A stretch of 64,000 bases of DNA from the human T2T-CHM13v2.0 reference genome, Homo sapiens (GCF_009914755.1 NC_060927.1), one strand, 5' to 3'. Numbered from the stretch's first letter, positions 1 to 16,545 are shown. The notes: a model not told the origin generated them from the letters alone. Translations and numbers: made by a program.

Positions 1-737
1 ATCATAGAGAGAAATGTTCTGTAGAACATACTTCAGAACACTGAAATGAATGTTCCTCAATTCACCCATTAAGTCTTCAAGATTGCCATTGTTTATTGAT
101 TCACTAATGAGTAGACTAAATGGTATTTGACTGGTCTGATGATGTTAAACAATCTCAAATAAATGAATTGCGTACTGGTTTCTATCTATATTCTGGCTAA
201 CCTTTCCCTTTTGTCTAACCTGTGGAAGAAATTCATGATTAAAATATGCTTTAATTTTAACCAAGAAATCTTTTTCAGCTGGGGGAAAAAGAGCTGTATT
301 TCTACCTTGAAATTATATCAAGCTGTAACTCTGGTTAATAAAATACTTAGAGCCTTGATGAAATAAATCATTGTAATAACAATATTCATCATCATTATTA
401 TTTCCTCAGAAAGAGAACTGGCTTCTGGGTATTCATAGACTAATCCCACCTGCCACCACAAAATTTAGACTTTGAAGCAAATGTATTAGGTATTTCCTGG
501 ATCACATCCCTAGATAACAAAGAGCTTCATTAAATATAGAAAGCTCTCCGTAGCCTTTGCCTCCCACTGGTTTAATATATAAAAGATTGAGCTAGATACA
601 GAAATTGTATTTACATTCCTAAATCCACAAAGTATCATATTATGTTGTGTGAGAGAGACTGAAGGTCACTCTCTACCAAGCAGTCAACAAGGCCTAGTGT
701 TTGGATTCAACTCCTCTCTTTGATTGATTTCAATAAA

Positions 738-769
<32 letters not shown>

Positions 770-2611
770 CAGCAGCAGTAATAACAATGACGCAAAAAAT
801 TTAAAGCCAGTTTTTAAGTGGTGATAGCCTGCAACCTCTGCAAGAATGCAAAGATGTTTCAACTGAATACTATGCTAACATCAGCTCTGTGCTCTTTCAT
901 ATCCATGCAAGGCAGAAAAGAAAAAGCTACCTAGAAGAGCATATGCTGAAAAATGAACTGGAAACCTGGGAAAATCTGCTGTGGAAAATTACAAGATTGC
1001 ATAATAGTAGTAACATACAAATATGATTTAGGTAAGATACTCAGGCCAGGCAAAAAGCTATTTTAATTTTCTGCAACTCTAGCTTTAGTTACAGTCTGTG
1101 TGACTTAAAGCCAAAGAACTATGTAGATGTCTCTCAGAGACAACTTGCCTGACAATAGTGCATATTTATCTGCATATTCTTTAATGGTAACTTTGAAATT
1201 GGCTTTTATAACTATTCTAATAATCTGTGCAATGGTTAAATCTAGTGTGGAAATTTTAATTATCAAAGTAAAGTGACAGTGACTGGCAAGATGGCTGAAT
1301 AGGAACAGCTCCAGTCTGCAGCTTCCAGCAAGATCAACACAGAAGGTGGGTAATTTCTGCATTTCCAACTGAGGCCCCTGACTCATATCACTGGGACTGG
1401 TTAGACAGTGGGTGTAGCCACCGGAGGGTGAGCTGAAGCAGGGTGGGGCACTGCCTCACCCAGGAAGTGCAAGGGGTTGGGGAAGTCCCTCCCCTAGACA
1501 AGGGAAGCCATGAGGGACTGTGCCCTGAGGAACGGTGCACTCCAGCCCAGATACTATGCTTTTCCCATGGTCTCAGCAACCCACAGACCAGGAGATTCCC
1601 TCGGGTGCCTACACCGCCAGGCCCTGGGTTTCAAGCACAAAACCGGGCAGCCATTTGGGCAGACACCGAGCTAGCTGCAGGAGTTGTTTTTCATACCCCA
1701 GTGGCACTTGGAATGCCAGAGAGACAGAACCATTCACTCCCCTGGAAAAAGGGCTGAAGCCAGGGAGCCAAGTGGTCTAGCTCAGCAGATCCCACCTCAA
1801 TGGAGCCCAGCAAGCTAAGATCCACTGGCTTGAAATTCTCGCTGAGAGCACAGCAATCTGAAGTCAACCTGAGATGCTTGAGCTTGGTGGGGGGAGGGGT
1901 GTCCACCATTACTGAGGCTTGAGGAGGTGGTTTTCCCCTCACAGTGTAAACAAAGCCTCTGGGAAGTTTGAACTGGGCGGAGCCCACTGCAGCTCTGCAA
2001 AGCTGCTATAGCCAGAATGCCTCTCTAGATTCCTCCTCTCTGGGCAGGGCAACCTTGAAAGAAAGGCAGCAGCCCCACTCAAGGGCTTATAGATCAAACT
2101 CCCATTTCCCTGGGATAGAGCATCTGGGGGAAGGGGCAGCTTTGGGCACAGCTTCAGCAGACTTAAACGTTCCTGCCTGCTGGCTCTGAAGAGAACAGCA
2201 GATCTCCCAGCACAGCGCTTGTGTTCTGTTAAGGGACAAACTGCCTCATCAAGTGGATCCCTGACCCCCATGCCTCCTGACTGGGAGACACCTCCCAGCA
2301 GGGTATGACAGACACCTCATACAGGAGAGCTCTGGCTGGCATCGGGTGGGTGCCCCTCTGAGACAAAGCTTCCAGAGGAAGGAACAGGTAGCAATCTTTG
2401 CTGTTCTGCAGCCTCTGCTGGTGATACCAAGGCAAACAGGGTCTGGAGTGGACCTCCAGCAAACTGCAGCAGACCTGCAGTGGAGAGTCCTGACTGTTAG
2501 AAGGAAAACTAACAAACAGAAAGGAATATCATCAACATCAACAAAAAGGATGACCACACAGAAACCCCATTTAAAGGTCACCAACATCAAAGATGAAAGG
2601 TAGATAAATCC

Positions 2612-3649
2612 ATGAAAGTGAGAAAAAAAAAAAAGTGCAAAAAGGCTGAAAATTCCAAAAGCAAGAATGCCTCTTCTCCTCCAAAGGATCACAACTCCTC
2701 ACCAGCAAGGGAAAAAAACTGGACACAGAATGAATTTGACAAATTGACAGAAGTAGGTTTCAGAAAATGGATAATAATAAACTCCTCTGAGCTAAAGGAG
2801 CATGTTCTAACCCTATGCAAGGAAGCTACGAACCTTGAAGAAAGGTTAGAAAAATTGCTAACTAGAATAACCAGTTTAGAGAAGAACATAAAATACTCAA
2901 TGGAGCTGAAAACACTGCATGATAACTTCATGAAGCATACACAAGTATCAATACCTGAATCGATCAAGCAAAAGAAAGGATATCAGAGATTGAAGATCAA
3001 CTTAATGAAATAAAGCATGAAGAGAAGTTTAGAGAAAAAAGAGTAAAAACAAATGAACAAAGCCTCCAAGAAATATGGGACTATGTGAAAAGACCAAATC
3101 TACATCTGATTGGTGTACCTGAGAGTGACAGGGAGAATGGAACCAAGTTGGAAAACACTCTTCAGGATATTATCCAGGAGAACTTCCTTCCCCAACCTAG
3201 CAAGGCAGGCCAACATTCAAATTCAGGAAATACAGAGAACACCACAAAGATTCTCCTCAAGAAGTGCAACCCCAAAACAGGTAATTGTCAGATTCTCCAA
3301 GGTTGAAATGAAGGAAAAAATGTTAAGGGCAGCCAGAGAGAAAGGTCAGGTTACCCACAAAGGGAAGCCCATCAGACTAACAGATGATCTCTCTGCAGAA
3401 ACCCTACAAGCCAGAAAAGAGTGGGGGCCAATATTTAACATTCTAAAAGAAAAGAATTTTCAACCCAGAATTTCATATCCAGCCAAGCTAAGCTTAATAA
3501 GCAAACGAGAAATAAAATCCTTTACAAACAAGCAAATGCTGAAAGATTTTGTCACCACCAGGAATAACTTACAAAAGCTCCTGAAGGAAGCACTAAACAT
3601 AGAAAGGAACAACCAGTACCAACCACAGCAAAAACATGCCAAATTGTAA
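2612..3649 (+). pseudogene. Frameshifted L1 ORF1 of the L1PA7-like element
   Basis: ORF1p homology is split across track ORFs 2612-3013, 3085-3306 and 3110-3649 (KRPNL.LIGVPE, REKG, YPAKLS, HAKL*). Confidence 0.92.
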
Positions 3650-3712
3650 AGACCATCGACACTATGAAGAAACTGCATCAATTAATGGGCAAAATAACCA
3701 GCTAGCATCATA

Positions 3713-6700
3713 ATGACAGGATCAAATTCACACATAACAATTAACAAATGCCCAATTAAAAGATACAGACTGGCAAATTGGATAAAGAGTCAAGACCCAT
3801 CGGTGTGCTGTATTCAGGAGACCCATCTCATGTGCAAATACACATGTAGGCTCAAAATAAAGGGATGGAGGAAGACTTTCCAAGCAAATGGAAAGCAAAA
3901 AAATGCCAGGTTGCAATCCTAGTCTCTGATAAAACAGGCTTTAAACCAACATAGATCAAAAAAGATAAAGAAAGGCATTACATAATGGTAAAGGGATTAA
4001 TGAAACAAGAAGAGCTAACTATCTTAAATACATACGCACCCAATACAGGAGCACCCAGATTCATAAAGCAAGTTCTTAGAGACCTACAAAGAGACTTAGA
4101 CTCCCACACCGTAACAGTGGGAGACTTTAACATCCCACTGTCAATATTAAACAGATCAGTGAGACAGAAAATCAACAAGGATATTCATGACTTGAACTCA
4201 GCTCTGGACCAAGTGGATCTAATAGACATCTACATAATCCTCCACCCCAAATCAACAGAAATTACATTCTTCTTAGCACTACATCACACTTATCCTACAA
4301 TTGAGCACATAATTGGAAGTAAAACATTCCTCAGCATATGCAAAAGAATGAAAATCGTAACAAACAGTTTCTCAGACCACCGTGCAATCAAATAAGATCT
4401 CAGGATTAAGAAACTCACTCAAAAATGCACAACTACATGGAAACTGAACAACCTGCTCCTGAATGACTACTGGGTAAATAACAAAATTAAGGCAGAAATA
4501 AATAAGTTCCTTGAAACCAATGGGAACAAAGACACAACGTACCAGAATCTCTGGGACACAGCTAAAGCAGTGTTTAGAGGAAAATTTATAGCACTAAATG
4601 CCCACAGGAGAAAGAGGGAAAAGCCAGACTAATAAAGAAGAAAAAAGAGAAGAATCCAATAGACACAATAAAAAATGATAAAGGGGATAACACCACTGAT
4701 CCCACAGAAAGACAAACTACCATCAGAGAACACCATAAACATCTCTACACAAATAAACTAGAAAACCTAGAAGAAATGGATAAATTCCTGGACACATACA
4801 CCCTCCCAAGACTAAACCAGGAAGAAGCTGAATCCCTGAAGAGAACAATAACAAGTTCTGATACTGAGGCAGTAATTAATAGCCTACCAACCAAAAAAAG
4901 CCCAGGACCAGACGGATTCACAGCGAAATTCTACCAGAGGTACAAATAGGATCTGGTACCATTGCTTCTGAAACTATTCAAAACAATAGACACAGAGGAA
5001 CTCCTCATTAACTAATTTTATGAGGCCAGCATGATCCTGATACCAAAACCTGGCAGAGATACAACGAAGAAAATTTCAGGCCAATGTCCCTAATGAACAT
5101 TGATGTGAAAATCCTTAATAAAATACTGGAAAACTGAATCTAGCAGCACATCAAAAAGATTACCCAGTACGGTCAAGTCAGCTTCATCCATGCGATGCAA
5201 GGCTGGTTCAACATGCACAAATCAATAAATGTAATCCATCACATAAACAGAACCAATGACAAAAACCACATTATTATCTCAATAGATGCAGAAAAGGCCT
5301 TTGATAAAATTCAACCTCTTTTCACACTAAAATGTCTCAATAAAGTAAGTGTTGATGGAACATATCTCAAAATAATAAGAACTATTTATGACAAACCCAC
5401 AGCCAATATTATACTGAATGGGCAAAAGCTGGAAGCATTCCTTTTGAAAACCAGCACAAGACAAGCATGACCTCTTTCACCACTCCTATTTAACATAGTG
5501 TTGTAAGTTCTGTGTAGGGCCGTCAGGCAAGAGAAAGAAATAAAGGGTATTCAGCTAGGAAGGGAGGAAGTAAAATTGTCTCTGTTTGCAGATGACATGA
5601 TTGTACATTTAGAAAACCCCATCATCTCAGCTCAAAATCTCCTTAAGCTGATAAGCAACTTCAGCAAAGTCTCAGGATACAAAATCATGTGCCCCAAAAG
5701 CACAAACATTCCTATACACCAATAATAGACAAATAGAGAGCCAAATCATGAGTGAACTCCCATTCGCAATTGCTTCAAAGAGAGTAAAATACCTAGGAAT
5801 ACAACTTACAAGGATGTGAAGAACCTCTTCAAGGAGAACTGCAAAGCACTGCTCAAGGAAATAAGAGAGGACACAAACAAATGGAAAAACCTTCCATGCT
5901 AATGGATAGGAAGAATCAATATCATGAAAATGGCCATACGGCCCATAGTAATTTATAGATTCAATGCTATCTCCTTCAAGCTACCATTGACTTTCTTCAC
6001 AGAATTAGAAAAAACTACTTTAAATTTTACATGGAACCAAAAAAGAGCCCGTATAGCCAAGACAATCCTAAGCAAAAAGAACAAAGCTGAAGGCATCATG
6101 CTACCTGACTTCAAACTATACTACAAGGCTACAGTAACCAAAACAGCATGACACTGGTACCAAAACTGATATACAGACCAATGGAACAGAACAGAGGCCT
6201 CAGAAATAATGCCATACATCTACAACCATCTGATCTTTGACAACCCTGACAAAAACAAGCAATGGGGAAAGGATTTGCTATTAATAAATGGTGCTGGGAA
6301 AACTGGCTAGCCATATGCAGAAAACTGAAACAGACCCCTTCCTTACAGCTTACACAAAAATTAACTCAAGATGGATTAAAGACTTAAATGTAAGACCTGA
6401 AACCATAAAAACCCTAGAAGAAAACCTAGGTAATACCATTCAGGACATAGGCATGGGCAAAGACGTCATGACTAAAACACCAAAAGCAATGGCAACAAAA
6501 GCCAAAATTGACAAATGGGATCTAATTAAACTAAAGAACTTCTGCATAGCAAAAAGAAACTATCATAAGAGTGAACAGGCAACCTACAGAATGGAAGAAA
6601 ATTTTTGCAATCTACCCATCTGACAAAGGGCTAATATCCAGAATCCATGAAAATCTTAAACAAATTTACAAGAAAAAAATAATCCCATTAAAAAGTGGGC

Positions 6701-7310
6701 AAAAGATATGAACAGACACTTCTCAAAAGAAGACATTTTTGTGGCTAAGAAACATATGAAAAATAGCTCATCATCAGTGGTCATTAGAGAAATGCAAATC
6801 AAAACCACAATGAGATACCATTTCACACCAGTTAGAATGGTGATCATTAAAAAATCAGGAGACAGCTGATGCTGGAGAGGAAGTGGAGAAGTAGGAATGC
6901 TTTTACACTGTTGGTGGGAGTGTAAATTAGTTCGACCAGTGTGAAAGACAGTGTGGCGATTCCTCAAGAATCTAGAACCAGAAATACCATTTGACTCAGC
7001 GATCAAATTACTGGATATCTACCAAAGGGATTATAAATTATTCTACTCTAAAGACATATGCACATGTATATTTATTGCAGCACTGTTCACAATAGCAAAG
7101 ACTCGGAACCAGCCCAAATGCTTATCAAAGAGAGACTGGATAAAGAAAATGTGACACATATACACCATGGAATACTAAGCAGCCATAAAAAAGGATGAGT
7201 TTATGTCCTTTGCAGGGACATGGGTGAAGCTGGAAACCATCATTCTCAGCAAAGTAACTCAGGAACAGAAAACCAAGCACCACATGTTCTCACTGATAAG
7301 TGGGAGTTGA
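3713..7310 (+). pseudogene. Disrupted L1 ORF2 (EN/RT) of the L1PA7-like element
   Basis: Starts MTGSNSHIT, with GDFN, QGWFN and FADD-coding segments. Contains many stops and frameshifts and an ~200-bp internal deletion near 4620. Confidence 0.92.
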
Positions 7311-8019
7311 ACAATGAGAACACATGGACACAGGAAGGGGAACATCACACGCTGAGGCCTGTCACTGGGTGCGGGGCTAGGGGAGGGAGACCATTAGGAG
7401 AAATACCTAATGTAGATGATGGGTTGATGGGGGCATCAAACCACCATGGCACGTGTATACCTATGTAACAAACCTGCACGTTCTGCACATGTATCCCAGA
7501 ACTTAGAGTATATAAAAAACACAAAATAAAAATAACAACAACAAAAGTAAAGTGAAACATTTTTCATGACCTGTATAAAAACTATAAACTTTGACAAGAT
7601 CCCATCAAATAATTTGAACAATTTGGCAGAGAATATATATGTTGTATCATGTAAAATTGTTAACATTCTGCTGTTTTTGACCCCAATATATCAGTTTTAT
7701 ATTGTTTGAGATTTAAAAAAAAGGAAACTAAATGTAATTGTGGGAACTATTACAAATAGAAATTTCATCTTTTGCTCATCTCTCCTTTTCTGAATCTTAT
7801 TACATGCAACTATAAGAAGCCAATATACATCATCAGCACTCAACCTAGTAGTCTTCTCATTGAACAAATCAGCATATAGTCTGGTTATCATTTAATAATG
7901 AAAGAGAAAAAGTACTTTTTTCAGACAACAAAAACAAAAACATTAGTGGATATTTTGGTAAATTTTACCACGTTATATTAAAGCCATCTGTACTTTAAGA
8001 CAACCATAATCTAAGTTAA

Positions 8020-8190
8020 GAGACAAGTGCTAGACGTAGAGATTTTTGCAATTCATATAACAGAAACTATAGCACAAGAGATTATTAAACAAAGTGTGTA
8101 AGGAACTACAGATTAATAAGCAAAATTCAACCACCCACTAGAAAAATGGTCAAATATCAACAGGTAGCCATGAAAAAGTAAATATTAATG
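8020..8190 (+). mobile_element. Old L1M ORF2 3' fragment (resumes at ~14790-15300)
   Basis: Degenerate L1 3'-ORF2-like text, e.g. TTTTTGCAATTCATATAAC...AACCACCCACTAGAAAAATGG. Confidence 0.55.
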
Positions 8191-8504
8191 TCAAACTTCT
8201 ATAATTGTCATGACAAATTACCACAAAATTTATGGCTTAAACAAAACACATTTATTATCTTATACTTCTTGAGGTCAGTAGTTTGAAAGAGTTTTCAACA
8301 CCCTAACATCAAGTTGTCAGCAGGCTGCATTGCTTTCTAGAGGCTCTATGGGAGAATTTGTTTCTTGCTCTTTCAGATTGTTAGTGAAATTCAGTTCCTT
8401 GAGGTTATGTTACTGCAGTCCCTGTTTTCCTGCGGGCTATAACTGAGAGTCACGTATAGCTTCTAGAGGATGCCACATTCCTTGGCTTGTGGTATTTATT
8501 TTCT
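8190..8504 (-). mobile_element. MLT1 (MLT1E-like) MaLR LTR, left part, interrupted by L1HS
   Basis: ACAAATTACCACAAA...GGCTTAAACAAAACACATTTATTATCTTA...CATTCCTTGGCTTGTGG. The LTR continues at 14522 with ATCTTCAAAGCCAG. Confidence 0.8.
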
Positions 8505-8729
8505 TTTCTTTTTTTTTTTTTTTTATTATACTCTAAGTTTTAGGGTACATGTGCACATTGTGCAGGTTAGTTACATATGTATACATGTGCCATGCTGGTG
8601 CGCTGCACCCACCAACGTGTCATCTAGCATTAGGTATATCTCCCAATGCTATCCCTCCCCCATCCCCCGACCCCACCACAGTCCCCAGAGTGTGATATTC
8701 CCCTTCCTGTGTCCATGTGATCTCATTGT

Positions 8730-12581
<3,852 letters not shown>

Positions 12582-12620
12582 TCATTAGTTGATGCAGTTT
12601 CTTCCTAGTCTCGATGGTCT

Positions 12621-13637
12621 TTATATTTTGGCATGATTTTGCAGCGGCTGGTACCGGTTGTTCCTTTCCAGGTTTAGCGCTTCCTTCAGGAGCTCTTTTA
12701 GGGCAGGCCTGGTGGTGACAAAATCTCTCAGCATTTGCTTGTCTATAAAGTATTTTATTTCTCCTTCACTTATGAAGCTTAGTTTGGCTGGATATGAAAT
12801 TCTGGGTTGAAAATTCTTTTCTTTAAGAATGTTGAATATTGGCCCCCACTCTCTTCTGGCTTGTAGGGTTTCTGCCGAGAGATCCGCTGTTAGTCTGATG
12901 GGCTTTCCTTTGAGGGTAACCCGACCTTTCTCTCTGGCTGCCCTTAACATTTTTTCCTTCATTTCAACTTTGGTGAATCTGACAATTATGTGTCTTGGAG
13001 TTGCTCTTCTCGAGGAGTATCTTTGTGGCGTTCTCTGTATTTCCTGAATCTGAACGTTGGCCTGCCTTGCTAGATTGGGGAAGTTCTCCTGGATAATATC
13101 CTGCAGAGTGTTTTCCAACTTGGTTCCATTCTCCACATCACTTTCAGGTACACCAATCAGACGTAGATTTGGTCTTTTCACATAGTCCCATATTTCTTGG
13201 AGGCTTTGCTCATTTCTTTTTATTCTTTTTTCTCTAAACTTCCCTTCTCGCTTCATTTCATTCATTTCATCTTCCATTGCTGATACCCTTTCTTCCAGTT
13301 GATCACATTGGCTCCTGAGGCTTCTGCATTCTTCACGTAGTTCTCGAGCCTTGGTTTTCAGCTCCATCAGCTCCTTTAAGCACTTCTCTGTATTGGTTAT
13401 TCTAGTTATACATTCTTCTAAATTTTTTTCAAAGTTTTCAACTTCTTTGCCTTTGGTTTGAATGTCCTCCCGTAGCTCAGAGTAATTTGATCGTCTGAAG
13501 CCTTCTTCTCTCAGCTCGTCAAAATCATTCTCCATCCAGCTTTGTTCTGTTGCTGGTGAGGAACTGCATTCCTTTGGAGGAGGAGAGGCGCTCTGCGTTT
13601 TAGAGTTTCCAGTTTTTCTGTTCTGTTTTTTCCCCAT
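12621..13637 (-). CDS. LINE-1 ORF1p, RNA-binding chaperone, 338 aa
   Basis: Canonical length, MGKKQNRK start, coiled coil, and intact REKG, ARR and YPAKLS motifs. 63-nt spacer to ORF2. Confidence 0.98.
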   Translation of the reverse strand: MGKKQNRKTGNSKTQSASPPPKECSSSPATEQSWMENDFDELREEGFRRSNYSELREDIQTKGKEVENFEKNLEECITRITNTEKCLKELMELKTKARELREECRSLRSQCDQLEERVSAMEDEMNEMKREGKFREKRIKRNEQSLQEIWDYVKRPNLRLIGVPESDVENGTKLENTLQDIIQENFPNLARQANVQIQEIQRTPQRYSSRRATPRHIIVRFTKVEMKEKMLRAAREKGRVTLKGKPIRLTADLSAETLQARREWGPIFNILKEKNFQPRISYPAKLSFISEGEIKYFIDKQMLRDFVTTRPALKELLKEALNLERNNRYQPLQNHAKI

Positions 13638-14512
13638 CTTTGTGGTTTTATCTACTTTTGGTCTTTGATGATGGTGATGTACAGATGGGTTTTCGGTGTA
13701 GATGTCCTTTCTGGTTGTTAGTTTTCCTTCTAACAGACAGGACCCTCAGCTGCAGGTCTGTTGGAATACCCTGCCGTGTGAGGTGTCAGTGTGCCTCCCA
13801 GTTAGGCTGCTCGGGGGTCAGGGGTCAGGGACCCACTTGAGGAGGCAGTCTGCCCGTTCTCAGATCTCCAGCTGCGTGCTGGGAGAACCACTGCTCTCTT
13901 CAAAGCTGTCAGACAGGGACATTTAAGTCTGCAGAGGTTACTGCTGTCTTTTTGTTTGTCTGTGCCCTGCCCCCAGAGGTGGAGCCTACAGAGGCAGGCA
14001 GGCCTCCTTGAGCTGTGGTGGGCTCCACCCAGTTGCTTTGTTTACCTAAGCAAGCCTGGGCAATGGCGGGCGCCCCTCCCCCAGCCTCGTTGCCGCCTTG
14101 CAGTTTGATCTCAGACTGCTGTGCTAGCAATCAGCGAGATTCCGTGGGCGTAGGACCCTCTGAGCCAGGTGTGGGATATAGTCTCGTGGTGCACCGTTTC
14201 TTAAGCCGGTCTGAAAAGCGCAATATTCGGGTGGGAGTGACCCGATTTTCCAGGTGCGTCCGTCACCCCTTTCTTTGACTCGGAAAGGGAACTCCCTGAC
14301 CCCTTGCGCTTCCCAGGTGAGGCAATGCTCGCCCTGCTTCGGCTCGCGCACGGTGCGCACACACACTGGCCTGCGCCCACTGTCTGGCACTCCCTAGTGA
14401 GATGAACCCGGTACCTCAGATGGAAATGCAGAAATCACCCGTCTTCTGCATCGCTCACGCTGGGAGCTGTAGACCGGAGCTGTTCCTATTCGGCCATCTT
14501 GGCTCCTCCTCC
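13638..14512 (-). promoter_or_regulatory. L1HS 5'UTR: internal sense promoter and antisense promoter, CpG-rich
   Basis: YY1 site intact (GGCCATCTTGG at 14492-14502 on +). High CpG density. 875 bp long, versus ~905-910 recalled for the consensus. Confidence 0.9.
14063..14278 (+). CDS. LINE-1 antisense ORF0, 71 aa
   Basis: ATG at 14063 gives MAGAPPPASLPPCSLISDCCASNQRDS...RCVRHPFL*, contained within track ORF 14015-14278. Confidence 0.85.
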   Translation: MAGAPPPASLPPCSLISDCCASNQRDSVGVGPSEPGVGYSLVVHRFLSRSEKRNIRVGVTRFSRCVRHPFL

Positions 14513-14786
14513 TTATTTTCTATCTTCAAAGCCAGTAACGATGGATGGAGTTCTTCCTCCAATGAATTTCTCTGACTGCTGCCATCTTTTAGGCTTTTAA
14601 AAGCTCTTATGATTACATTGGGAAAACCCACGTTCAGGATAATCTTCCTCTCTCAAGCTCTTTAACCTTAATCACATCTGCAAAATCCCTTTACCAAGGT
14701 ATGAGAACATATTCATAGGTTCTGGGAACTAGGGCATGGATATCTTTGTTGCATGGGATGGGGAGCACATTGTTCTGCCTACCACA
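14513..14786 (-). mobile_element. MLT1 (MLT1E-like) LTR, right part
   Basis: GATTACATTGGG...GGATAATCTT...TTAATCACATCTGCAAAATCCC, ending in the MLT1 terminus TTCTGCCTACCACA. Confidence 0.82.
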
Positions 14787-15485
14787 TTCAAAACCATATG
14801 ACATTTAGTTTAAAATAATTTGTCATCAGAAAATGTATATGTAAGCAATGACATGAAATTGAATCAAAACCACTGAACAGATTGTAAGTTGTATATTATT
14901 TCATCCATTGAATTGGTAAAGATTAAAAATTTGACCGTATCAAAAGTTGGCTAGGATATGACGAAACAAATACTAATGGTGTAGGTATACATTGCTATAG
15001 ATAAAAAACAAATGGCAGATAGCCATGCCCACGTGTATAAATAAAATGTACATATTATGTATGGATATATTCTACATATGTTTATATTTCTATAAATTTG
15101 CATTTTAAATATTTTTAAAGTGCAAAAATATATCCATCAAAATTATCAGACTGATTGTCCTGAGGGAGGGTAAAGAAAATATGATTTGGGGTCTTAATCA
15201 AAAGGTGTGTTATTTTGTCTATAATTTATATTTCTTTTTCTTCTTTTTTAAGCCTGGAAAGATAATATGTAAAATTATAAATTTTACAAGTTTAAAAAGC
15301 TAACAGGTCTTTATTGCAAAAACTGAGATATAGGGTTAGTTTTTAATCTATCTATCTATCTATCTAGTCTATATGTTTGGATTTTTAAAATTTCTGAAAT
15401 AAGTATATATTTAACCAAGAAAAAGGAGATCTCTTTAGACTATATACACATACTCATCAAAGTATCTTCTAATAACTGTACAAAA

Positions 15486-15680
15486 CAGGAGTGGGCAATT
15501 TTGGGGGGTAAATCCTGCCTGATGCCAGGTGATATAAATAATGTATATTGGAAAATAGCCACTTTAAACATATTGTTTATGGCTGCTTTCCTGATACAAT
15601 GGCAGAGTTGAGTCATTGCAGCAGAGACCATATGGCCCTAAAAGCCAAAAATATTTACTATCTGGACCATTTTACCCTTT
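15486..15680. mobile_element. MER58A-like hAT-Charlie MITE
   Basis: TATGGCTGCTTTC...ACAATGGCAGAGTTGAGT...AGAGACCATATGGCCC...AAAATATTTACTATCTGG. Confidence 0.75.
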
Positions 15681-16545
15681 TTGGTAGGAAGGGATACCTC
15701 ATTAGAGCTGGCTAGAGGTTGTGTGAGACTAGAGTCCATTGCCTAAACACAGTTATATGGATTACAGAATTATTTAGCCTCAAGCAAACCAGGCAGATAC
15801 TTAAAAACAAAGGTGATCCCACTATCTGGCTAAGAATAAGTGCTAAGGGAATTAAATGCAATAGATCACTGTGCCTACCATCTCACCATACCTGAATCCA
15901 CCACTCTCTGCTAAATGCCCAATCCTTTTAGGTAAGATGGTTGATAGTGTAGGTTTTTATTTCTCTTTTGATAATTTTCTCCTATGGCCCCTTCTAGCCT
16001 GTCTTAAAATCTTGCTTCTGTATTCTCACCTCAATCTGAGAGTCATGCCAACTGTCTGAATCCCAACAGTAGACATGACTGTAAGCTACTTTTTTATACT
16101 CTGAACATGATTAAAAATTACCTTCCCACGACCCCAGAACTGAAAGTAAGCCTCAATTAAAAGGAAAATCAGTGCATATAGATATTGATATGAACCATTC
16201 TAACTCATTATGCCAAAATACTGTATCTCAGCTCCTTGCTTAAATATGAATGTAGTACTTTTATGATGTGATGGCTAATTTTATGTGTCAACTTGTCTAG
16301 GCAAGGTACCCAGATATTTAGTCAAACATCATTCTGGATGTTTCTGTGAGAGTGTTTCTCGATGAGACTGGTATTTAAATTGGTACAATTTGAGGAAAAC
16401 AAATTGCCCTCCATAATGTGGGTGGGCCTCATCTGGTAAATTGAAGGCCTGAATAGAACAAAAGAATGACTTCCTATAAGCAAGGGCGACTTCTGTAGCA
16501 GACAGCATTCAGACCTGTGAACCACAGCACTGGCTTTTCATTGAA

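Larger units (their letters stand above)
1277..7543 (+). mobile_element. Full-length degenerate LINE-1, L1PA7-like (L1PA7/L1PA8)
   Basis: 5'UTR begins CAAGATGGCTGAATAGGAACAGCTCC and is about 1.33 kb long. Broken ORF1 and ORF2 homology follows. The 3'UTR (GATGATGGGTTGATGGG...CACATGTATCCCAGAACTTA) is of the older L1PA type and ends in an A-rich tail. 12-bp TSD AAAGTAAAGTGA at 1265-1276 and 7544-7555. Confidence 0.93.

Noticed and set aside
1105-7666. Many 60-180 aa ORFs on both strands
   Set aside because: They are fragments or shadow frames of the decayed L1PA7-like element, not independent genes.
8496-8530. Possible 3' transduction on the L1HS
   Set aside because: AATAAA is followed directly by a short A tail and the TSD, with no extra sequence.
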